Under the pieces are notes generated by a model. The model saw only the letters and a program-made list of their open reading frames with translations, did no database searches and was not told the origin of the DNA. DNA of 32,000 bases, taken from assembly GCA_003345555.1 (NCBI GenBank), contig PRDJ01000035.1:34120-66119 (forward strand), in the 5' to 3' direction. This document shows positions 24,615 to 32,000 of this stretch, piece after piece. Position 1 is the first letter of the stretch. Each line of letters begins with the position of its first letter. A program made the position numbers and the translations under genes. The DNA is from Candidatus Thorarchaeota archaeon. Its GTDB lineage: Archaea > Asgardarchaeota > Thorarchaeia > Thorarchaeales > Thorarchaeaceae.

Positions 24615-26459
24615 ATGAAGAGTCGGAGTAAGCCCCCCAGCACTTCTGGCACCAAGACGCAGGAGGAGATTCTGCGATACCACGCCCTCATTGATAACAT
24701 GAATGAAGGATTCTGTGTCGTTGACCTCGACTCCAAGATAGTTTACGTGAACAAACGTTTCTGTGGAATGTTCGGGTATACCACGGAAGACATGTTTGGT
24801 CGGGACGTTCATGAGTTCCTAGACAAACGCAACAGTGGCATATTCGACAAGCACAACAAGAAGAGGGCAAGGGGTCTTCCATCGCAATATGAACTGGAGT
24901 GGATCACGAAGACCGGTAGAGTGCTTCCGACGCTTGTGTCGGGTGCTCCTCTCGTTGATACGCAAGGTGTTCAACGTGGCTCGTTTGCAGTTGTCTGTGA
25001 CTTGACGGAACGTCGAAAGGTGGAAGATGCATCGAAGGCGTCTGAGGCTAAGTATAGGGCTCTAGCAGAGGAGATGACTCAGGGGCTCGTTATCGTAAAG
25101 GATGACAGGTATGTCTACGCAAACAAGGCGTTCGCGGAGATGCTCGGTTATTCGCCAAAGGAGATAGTTGACATGTCCTCGAGTAAGGCTTGGTCTCTCG
25201 TACAGCCTGAGGACCAGGGTATCTTGCGTCAGTATGGAGCGGACCGCCGAGCAGGCAAGAAAGCTCCATCTCACTACAGATATCGCTTAGTTGCACGCAA
25301 CGGGTCGACTCACTGGGTGGAGGCGTTTGTTACTGAAACTGATTTCGGAGGAAGCCCTGCGTTGCAGGTGTTGCTGATTGATGTAACAGAGCGAGTGGAA
25401 AGAGACGAAGCTTTTCTTGCTTCAGAGGCGAAATATCGTGCTCTGGCCGAACAGTCAAGCCAAGGAATCATGATAATAGGTGACGAAGGATTTGCTTACA
25501 TCAACAAGGCATTCGCCCAGATGGTGGGATACTCTGTTGACGAACTAATGAGAAAGAACATGATTGAGATATGGGACTTGATCCATCCCGAAGATCAGCC
25601 CGTCGTAATGACGCAAATTCAGAACCTCTTCGCACGAAGGGCCGTGCCGCCTAGGTATCAATACCGTCTAGTTCGCAAGGACGGTGAGATATGCTGGGTT
25701 GAAGCATTCTCAGGCCCAATTCAATATGAGGGCAAGCAGGCAATCCAGACCATGATTGTGGACGTGACCGAGCGATTGAGAGTCGAGAGAGCAACAGGCG
25801 TCACGAAGGATAGGGCGTCGTTCTACTTGGATGTAATGGGGCATGATTTGAAGAATCAGCTACAGGTTGTTGTCAATAGTGCGGCACTGTTGCGTATTGC
25901 ACAAGATGACAGCCGGAAGTCCTCGCTTTTGGAGGTCATTGAGAATGCTGTTCAGAGATGTTCTAGGCTTATAGAGGAGGTCCGAGCGACAGAACAGCTA
26001 ATGAGCATCCCCTTGGCAGAGCGGCCGTTGAATGTCGCTTTGAAGGGGTGTGTCCAAGCTATCTCCAGCCGTGTCACAGATGCGGTGTTCGAGGCAGTCT
26101 ATGAAGTGGATGATGCCTGGATCTACGCGGACGGCTATCTTGAGCTGCTGCTTTCCAACATACTCGTGAATGCGGTTGAGCACAACCCGAGTTCGGACAA
26201 GCATGTTTGGGTCGGACTGAAGGACGACGGTCAGTTCTATGTGGTCTCCATCTCAGACAACGGACCCGGTATTCCTGATTCGTCCAAGGCCATTCTCTTC
26301 GATCCTGCTAGGCGGTTTGGAGGAATGGGTATCCACCAGTCAAATCAGATTATTGAGAAATACAGGGGTAAGATCGACATCGTGGACAGAGTAGTGGGAC
26401 ATCAAGACATGGGAGCTGAATTCAGAATATGGTTCCCGAAAGCAGTGAGAAGCAGCTAG
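24615..26459 (+). CDS. Soluble sensor histidine kinase with three PAS domains
   Basis: Three PAS/PAC units (YVNKRFCGMFGY, YANKAFAEMLGY, YINKAFAQMVGY, each ending in D(L/V)TER). H-box MGHDLKNQL, N-box NILVNAVEH, G1 SDNGPGI. No TM segment. Start moved from TTG 24579 to ATG 24615 (uncertain). Confidence 0.92.
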   Translation: MKSRSKPPSTSGTKTQEEILRYHALIDNMNEGFCVVDLDSKIVYVNKRFCGMFGYTTEDMFGRDVHEFLDKRNSGIFDKHNKKRARGLPSQYELEWITKTGRVLPTLVSGAPLVDTQGVQRGSFAVVCDLTERRKVEDASKASEAKYRALAEEMTQGLVIVKDDRYVYANKAFAEMLGYSPKEIVDMSSSKAWSLVQPEDQGILRQYGADRRAGKKAPSHYRYRLVARNGSTHWVEAFVTETDFGGSPALQVLLIDVTERVERDEAFLASEAKYRALAEQSSQGIMIIGDEGFAYINKAFAQMVGYSVDELMRKNMIEIWDLIHPEDQPVVMTQIQNLFARRAVPPRYQYRLVRKDGEICWVEAFSGPIQYEGKQAIQTMIVDVTERLRVERATGVTKDRASFYLDVMGHDLKNQLQVVVNSAALLRIAQDDSRKSSLLEVIENAVQRCSRLIEEVRATEQLMSIPLAERPLNVALKGCVQAISSRVTDAVFEAVYEVDDAWIYADGYLELLLSNILVNAVEHNPSSDKHVWVGLKDDGQFYVVSISDNGPGIPDSSKAILFDPARRFGGMGIHQSNQIIEKYRGKIDIVDRVVGHQDMGAEFRIWFPKAVRSS

Positions 26460-27316
26460 TGTTCCTCAATCACGTCTATGTCATCGTCACTGCTGGCTCC
26501 GATTTTCAGTTCCTTTGCGCGCCGTACCTGCGGTAGGTCCCAGACATCCATGTTCAGCTTGTTGTCCGCATTGAATGTTTGTAGAATCCGTACGCCCTGA
26601 ACGTCTATTGAGACCATATCTCCGCTTGCCAGAATGATTCCCGGTTCTTCCACACGACCAGAAGCCGGGCCGCCGGTCACAAAGACCTTCCTTGCATCCA
26701 TCACAATAAGCACGGGATGAAAGAATGACGCTAGCTCAACCACCTTCTCCTCCAGGTGGCTCATATGCATCTTCACCCTGTCCTGTCTGTTCATCCAACC
26801 CACAAGCAGCTTCATGCTTGCTGTGAATCGTGCATACTTGTGCGTCTTCAGACATGGTGCCAACACGAGTGTTCCAATGTCGAGCAGCGGCTTCCCGATA
26901 TGTGTCTCCTTGAGGAACTTGCCGTCTGCAATCCTCACCTTGGTGTATGGTTGCTCCTCAAGGAAAACAATGTCTGCTCCAAGCCTCTCGGCAACTTCGG
27001 TCAGTCCAACTCTACTGGACGCCTCTCTTGTTGAAGCCGTTACCATCGAGCTCTCAGCAATCTGTATCTTATCTGCCCCTGCGTCCAGAATGTTCCGACC
27101 TAGAGCCTCGACAAAGCTGGCATCACTGCTGGCCGGGTAGGGGTCTGCCGTGTTCAGGTTGGGTTTAATCGTGACAGTGTCGCCGGGCACGATAGCTTTG
27201 TCAAAGCCTCCAATGAGGTCTACTGCTTTCTTTATGGAAGCACGGAGGTCGGAGCTTGCATGCACTTTGCTGACAAGGAATTTGCCATCTCTGACGAATG
27301 GCCTTGCTGATTGCAT
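26456..27316 (-). CDS. DUF362 family protein (no appended ferredoxin domain)
   Basis: PGDTVTIKPNL, IQIAESS, PCLKTH, TASMK..VG, L.VMDA, ILASGDMVSID. Confidence 0.82.
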   Translation of the reverse strand: MQSARPFVRDGKFLVSKVHASSDLRASIKKAVDLIGGFDKAIVPGDTVTIKPNLNTADPYPASSDASFVEALGRNILDAGADKIQIAESSMVTASTREASSRVGLTEVAERLGADIVFLEEQPYTKVRIADGKFLKETHIGKPLLDIGTLVLAPCLKTHKYARFTASMKLLVGWMNRQDRVKMHMSHLEEKVVELASFFHPVLIVMDARKVFVTGGPASGRVEEPGIILASGDMVSIDVQGVRILQTFNADNKLNMDVWDLPQVRRAKELKIGASSDDDIDVIEEH

Positions 27317-27574
27317 GATTGAAAAGTGCTGGCCTAGGTGTCAAATACCTTTCTCAATGACATGAACTGGCGAACGGAAACGCGAGACCATTCAGTCATT
27401 AGGTTAGAACACTTGTCCATGTCTGCACAAGCCAATTCCGTCTTGGCTTCACTACTGTCCAACTGATTCAAGGACCGGAAACCGCTCATGTTCGCCAACC
27501 TGACGCGGATTGCAACGGCGCCTTCGTGTGCAAACGTCCAAGTTAATATGCAGGAACGCGCTGCCTTTGGAACC

Positions 27575-28513
27575 ATGTCTGAGCCAATGATAAAGGAACT
27601 TGAATCGAGATTCGTAGAGGTTGTCGAGAAAGTTGTGCCCAGTGTAGTGAGTGTGTCTACAGTGGCTCTGGCGCGCGTACAGATGTCCCAGATAGTCCCA
27701 GTGCAAGGTCAAGGTTCAGGTGTTGTCTTGACTGAGAAAGGTTTCATTGTCACCAATGCACATGTTGTGGAAGGAGCCAGAGACATCGGAGTGACCATGT
27801 CTGACGGCGAAGCTTTCAAGGCTGTTCTCGTTGGTCAGTCGCGAGTGAGAGACCTCGCGGTTCTGAAGATTGATACAAAGAAACTGGTTCCGATTGAGCT
27901 GGGCGAATCGAGCAAACTGAAAGTTGGTCAGTTCGCGATAGCAGTTGGTAACCCCCTAGGACTCGGCACCACTGTCACTTTCGGCATGATAAGCGCCTTA
28001 GAAAGAACGATTCAGAGTGAAGAGGCTTTTCTCGAGGGCCTGATACAGACCTCTGCTCAGATCAATCCGGGCAACTCCGGAGGAGCCCTTGTTGACACTG
28101 AAGGCAAGCTGATTGGCATGCCAACAGCCATGATCCCATGGAGCCAAGGAATTGGCTTTGCCCTAGCAGTGGATCGAATCAAGGACGTCTTTGAAGAGCT
28201 TATCGAGACAGGAACGGTGCAGTCACCATGGATGGGTATTGTGGGAGTGACTCTCAACAAGGGGATTGCATCACACTATCAGCTCTCAGTTGAAGAAGGA
28301 GCCTTGTTGATTGAGATCCCCTCGGGTCCTGCGCTCAAGGCTGGTCTCAGACCTGGCGACGTCGTTATCGCTGTTGACGGGAAGAAGGTGGTGGGCATGG
28401 AGGAGCTCAGAGGCATCATAGCCAAGAAGAAGGTAGGTTCCAAGCTTCGTGTCACTTTCAACAGACAGGACGATACGTACGAGGTCTACGTAACTTTGCA
28501 GCCGTCACCGTAG
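27575..28513 (+). CDS. htrA: HtrA/DegP-family serine protease with one PDZ domain
   Basis: GSGV, TNAHVV (His), DLAVLK (Asp), INPGNSGG (Ser); C-terminal PDZ (WMGIV, GPA.KAGLRPGDVV). Start moved from 27488 to ATG 27575. Confidence 0.92.
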   Translation: MSEPMIKELESRFVEVVEKVVPSVVSVSTVALARVQMSQIVPVQGQGSGVVLTEKGFIVTNAHVVEGARDIGVTMSDGEAFKAVLVGQSRVRDLAVLKIDTKKLVPIELGESSKLKVGQFAIAVGNPLGLGTTVTFGMISALERTIQSEEAFLEGLIQTSAQINPGNSGGALVDTEGKLIGMPTAMIPWSQGIGFALAVDRIKDVFEELIETGTVQSPWMGIVGVTLNKGIASHYQLSVEEGALLIEIPSGPALKAGLRPGDVVIAVDGKKVVGMEELRGIIAKKKVGSKLRVTFNRQDDTYEVYVTLQPSP

Positions 28514-28543
28514 CCTTGAACCGAAGTCGGATTGCCAATGTGC

Positions 28544-29437
28544 CTAGAGCACGAATACGGTCAACAACACGCCCGTCATGGTTGCCGCGATGCCGACAAT
28601 CTCAAGCCTCGATATCCTCTCTTTCAAGTACGCGTAGGCAATGGGCACGCCAAAGAGTGGCGAAGTGGATCCAACAACAGCTCCGATGGTCGCCCCGGCA
28701 TACTTGATGGAGGCGAGGTATAGAAGCGATCCCAGAGCCATCCCAAAGAAGGCCGCGACGACGGTGACCTTGATGCCGCGCTTCGACGGGAGCGGCATAC
28801 CTAGGTGCCTTGCGACGGCGAAAGCCGGAGCGAGTTCTATCGAGCCGACCAGCATCCTGATGAAGTTCGCGTCAATTGCTTCAACCTCTGATGTGCCTGC
28901 TTGCATCAATGTCGTGCTAAAGGAGTACATGATTAGTGCGAGAATCGCCAGTGCCATTCCAACCGCAGCAGAGCCGCCCTTTTCCGTGGCGTCGGCATCA
29001 TGGTTCTGGCCTCGGGAGATTACAAAGATTCCGACCACTGCAAGAATCACTCCGAAGACTCTGCTCGGAAGTATCTGGTCGCCCAGGAATAGAATCGCCA
29101 GAATGTATGTTGTGATGGGATATGCAGACGTTATGGGGAACGCGTAAGACACACCGATTCGGTCTTGACTGAAAAGGTATGCTGTGTCTCCGATTACTGT
29201 GCCGACTGTGACTGCTGCTCCTAGTATGATGATGTCTTGAAGAGGAACAGAGAACGGTGTCGTTCTGAAAGGCTGGAAGACGAGGATGGCGATGAAGGCA
29301 AGACTGACCCACATCTTGATGGCACTAACAGCCAGGGGTCTTATGTCATGGGCAACTGACTTGTAGATGATAACGGACACAGCATAGAAGAGAGAGCTCA
29401 GCAGTCCCGCTGTTACGCCCAAGATTATGTCCTGCAT
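28544..29437 (-). CDS. EamA/DMT family transporter, paralog A
   Basis: About 10 TM in two repeats; GDTAYLFSQDRIGVSYAFPI, STSPLFGVPIA..YLKERIS. Confidence 0.88.
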   Translation of the reverse strand: MQDIILGVTAGLLSSLFYAVSVIIYKSVAHDIRPLAVSAIKMWVSLAFIAILVFQPFRTTPFSVPLQDIIILGAAVTVGTVIGDTAYLFSQDRIGVSYAFPITSAYPITTYILAILFLGDQILPSRVFGVILAVVGIFVISRGQNHDADATEKGGSAAVGMALAILALIMYSFSTTLMQAGTSEVEAIDANFIRMLVGSIELAPAFAVARHLGMPLPSKRGIKVTVVAAFFGMALGSLLYLASIKYAGATIGAVVGSTSPLFGVPIAYAYLKERISRLEIVGIAATMTGVLLTVFVL

Positions 29438-29476
29438 CGTAATCGCCTTTGGTCTTCTCTACGCTCCATTCTAGAA

Positions 29477-30385
29477 TCAAAGTAGGACCAAGAACACCCC
29501 GGTGATTGTTGCAGCAATGCCGACAACTGCCAGTCTTGAGACCTTTTCCTTCAAAAAAACTAGCGACATTGGGACAGCAAAAAGAGGAGATGTGGATGCT
29601 AGAACCGAACCAACTGGAGCTCCGACGTACTTGAATGACATGATGTAGAACACTGAACCAACTGACATACCTAAGAACCCGGCCATAATGCTCAGCTTCG
29701 TTGCTCGTCTTGAAGGTGTGGGCATTCCTTTATGCTTGGCAATTCCATAGATAGGCAGAAGTGCAACGGATCCGACAATGACCCTCGGAAGATTGGCGTC
29801 CACAGGGTCGACGCCCACTACGCCTATGTATGCGAAGACAGCCGCAAGGGAGAACATTACCAAGGCTAGAAATGCGAGGCCGATTCCTAGAGGATCAAAG
29901 CCACGTTTGTTCTCCGACTCACTGGCCTTGGCTCCATGCTCTTTCGATATGAGCACAATGCCGATGACGGCAAGGATCACACCTGCCATTCTGGCAATCG
30001 CGAAAGATTCGCCCAAGAATGCTAGTGCGACAAGATAGGTCATGATTGGATGTGCGCCAGCGATGGGAAATGCGTGAGCTATTCCTATCCTATCTTGGCT
30101 AATCAGGTATGCAGTATCGCCGACCACGGCACCCGCAACCATGGAGAATGAGAGTGGCGGCAGGGCTTCTAGTGGCACCGCGTAAGGAGTCGTCCTAAAG
30201 GGCAAGAGCAAGAGCTCAAGTGCAATCATGAATGGAAGTGAAATCCACATTTTTATCGAGCTGACAGCGACCGGTCTGATGCCTTCACTCTGCGACTTGT
30301 ATATGTTGACCGAGATGGCAAATAGGAAAGCTGCCAGCAGACCCGATACTGCCCCCATGAGGAACTCGGGTGTGACCTGCATCAT
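29477..30385 (-). CDS. EamA/DMT family transporter, paralog B
   Basis: GDTAYLISQDRIGIAHAFPI, STSPLFAVPMS..FLKEKVS. Clearly colinear with the adjacent paralog. Confidence 0.88.
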   Translation of the reverse strand: MMQVTPEFLMGAVSGLLAAFLFAISVNIYKSQSEGIRPVAVSSIKMWISLPFMIALELLLLPFRTTPYAVPLEALPPLSFSMVAGAVVGDTAYLISQDRIGIAHAFPIAGAHPIMTYLVALAFLGESFAIARMAGVILAVIGIVLISKEHGAKASESENKRGFDPLGIGLAFLALVMFSLAAVFAYIGVVGVDPVDANLPRVIVGSVALLPIYGIAKHKGMPTPSRRATKLSIMAGFLGMSVGSVFYIMSFKYVGAPVGSVLASTSPLFAVPMSLVFLKEKVSRLAVVGIAATITGVFLVLL

Positions 30386-30487
30386 GAGGGTCGCGACGAA
30401 GCAACCCTCCTAAGAGCATATCTGAATGTACCGATTGGAGGAAGGGATATGAACGACACCGCAGCGACTACCGACTCGGGCATCGAG

Positions 30488-31828
30488 CTATGCCTTAGGA
30501 GCCTCTCCTCTCTTCTGTGCGTGCATCTCATCGGTCTGCCGTTCAATGTCCTTGAGTGCTTGTCCATGGAATGGATAACGGGATATGATGGCAGCACCGA
30601 CAAGGGCGGCCGCCAAGGGTACGGCCGAAAGCAGTAGTCGGATTGCCAAGATTGCGGAAGGGGGCTGGACAACCAAGTTCTCATCAAACCCAGAGCTATT
30701 GAGAAGAAGGGCGTATGTCCACGACTGCGCCAAGACCGCGAAACGCATGACGAATGCATTGAAACCGAAGTACGCTCCTTCGCGGCGAACTCCTGTTTTG
30801 AGTTCATCAGCATCTATCGTAAACGCAATCAGAATATCTGGGAGCATCATGAACCCGCCCACACCTGCGGCCGCGATGCCGATGACGATCAGCGCCTGAG
30901 TGAAGTCGCTGATGAAGAGGATAGCTATCAACGTGACGCCCACCCACAGCAGAGTAGCTATTGCCGAAGTTCTGGGTCCTCTGGCAACATTGATGTGATT
31001 CCAGACGGCAAATACGGGCATTGCGACAATGAATAGAACCAGAAACAGTACGGTTTGGTCCCAATCGCTGCCACCTACTACATATTTGACAAAGAATGGA
31101 AGTGCGCCCAAAGCTACGGCGACGATGTACTGCACCAGGAAATTGTAGCTAACAAAGATGATGAATGACCGGTTCGAGAACGTGTGCTTCATTGCTTTGA
31201 ATACGGGCAGAGTCGGCTCTCTGAACTCAGGTCTCTCGTGTGATCCTGCAAGAGACAGAAACGCGAAGATGGCAGATACCAACCCGACGGCAAGACCGAC
31301 ACCGGACCAACCCATTGTAGTTGCGAGCAAAGGTGGGATAGCTGTTCCTGCAATCAATCCGAAAATCGAGAATACCTGTCTCATTAGAGACATCTGAGAT
31401 CTCTCTCGATTTGTCTGGAACATCTCGGGGAAAAGAGCAGTCCAGTTCAGCACGACTATCGTGTAGCATGTGTCATAGAATAGCAAGGCAAGTGTTAGCC
31501 AGATGAAGAGGTTGAAGTTACCGTATGTGGATGCATCGCCCGGGGGACCAAACACAAAGAACATCGAAATGGCGAGAGGAAATGCGAACACGGCAATCCA
31601 TGGTACTCTTCTGCCCCATCTCGTAATCGTCCGGTCTGAGATGTACCCGAATATGGGGTCATTGAAGGCATTCCACACGGTCCATATGGACGTGGCAAAG
31701 GCCATCCACACAGGGTCCATATGAATTACTGTGATGTAATAGAACCAAATGTAAGTCTGGATTGCGTACTGAGGAATTGATGCAGTGATACTCCCAGAGC
31801 TGTAAGCGAGCTTCCCAGCGATGCCCAT
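30488..31828 (-). CDS. MFS transporter, GPH (MelB/GusB-like, MFS_2) family
   Basis: KLAYSSG, WNAFNDPIFGYISDRTITRWGRRVPW, ALFPEM, IDADELKTGVRREGAYFG. Start at ATG 31828 with GGTGGAGG upstream. Confidence 0.9.
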   Translation of the reverse strand: MGIAGKLAYSSGSITASIPQYAIQTYIWFYYITVIHMDPVWMAFATSIWTVWNAFNDPIFGYISDRTITRWGRRVPWIAVFAFPLAISMFFVFGPPGDASTYGNFNLFIWLTLALLFYDTCYTIVVLNWTALFPEMFQTNRERSQMSLMRQVFSIFGLIAGTAIPPLLATTMGWSGVGLAVGLVSAIFAFLSLAGSHERPEFREPTLPVFKAMKHTFSNRSFIIFVSYNFLVQYIVAVALGALPFFVKYVVGGSDWDQTVLFLVLFIVAMPVFAVWNHINVARGPRTSAIATLLWVGVTLIAILFISDFTQALIVIGIAAAGVGGFMMLPDILIAFTIDADELKTGVRREGAYFGFNAFVMRFAVLAQSWTYALLLNSSGFDENLVVQPPSAILAIRLLLSAVPLAAALVGAAIISRYPFHGQALKDIERQTDEMHAQKRGEAPKA

Positions 31829-31897
31829 GATTCTGATTCCTCCACCGAATGGCCGCACTGCGGAATAAAAAGCATCCGGGAAAGCGGAGGAATCTCA

Positions 31898-31917
31898 ATG
31901 CGGTACATCAACCGCAT
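31898..31917. promoter_or_regulatory. Perfect 7-bp inverted repeat upstream of the GPH transporter (candidate operator)
   Basis: ATGCGGT-acatca-ACCGCAT, 70-89 bp upstream of ATG 31828. Confidence 0.3.
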
Positions 31918-32000
31918 AGCTTTGCCTGCCCCTTGTACTCTGCAACAATCATTTCTGTTTCGCGAGACGCCCGGCTTTCTTATGGAACGAGCTGGGAGGG

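Noticed and set aside
26456-26459. Convergent stop codons of the kinase and DUF362 sharing CTAG
   Set aside because: Real, but a common feature of compact genomes that implies no functional link.
1-32000. CRISPR arrays, IS elements, prophage genes, rRNA or tRNA
   Set aside because: No regularly spaced repeats, transposase/integrase motifs, terminal inverted repeats or RNA gene signatures were seen on reading. A tool scan could still find small ncRNAs.

Overview
Gene-dense prokaryotic chromosomal window with about 25 intact CDS plus one partial ORF at the left edge. I saw no rRNA, tRNA, CRISPR array, integrase or IS element. The host is probably an Asgard archaeon, possibly Thorarchaeia-like. 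This is an inference from a Rab-like small GTPase without a prenylation motif, a PCI-like winged-helix membrane protein, GGTG/GGAG ribosome-binding sites, TTG/GTG starts and CTTAA[A/G]-type TATA boxes. Content: a Mo/W-bisPGD oxidoreductase; three ArsB/NhaD/P-protein(SLC13)-type permeases; M29 aminopeptidase; TauE exporter; GNAT; SPL-like radical SAM protein; GyrI-like, SDR, PhzF and DHA3-MFS genes in one co-directional run; two GPH-type MFS transporters; CopA; Rab-like GTPase; YcaQ-type glycosylase; CTP-dependent polyprenol kinase; tandem-SRPBCC protein; 3xPAS histidine kinase; DUF362; HtrA; and two EamA/DMT paralogs. The most unusual observations are (1) a 2x[4Fe-4S] ferredoxin inserted inside domain IV of the Mo/W enzyme, (2) a radical SAM enzyme fused to a Pol X/Pol beta 8-kDa-like HhH domain, and (3) reciprocal placement of the acidic GDxPN motif between the two halves of the permease paralogs. 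All family calls come from motif recognition by eye; no searches were run. Several starts were moved from the ORF track to better-supported codons.
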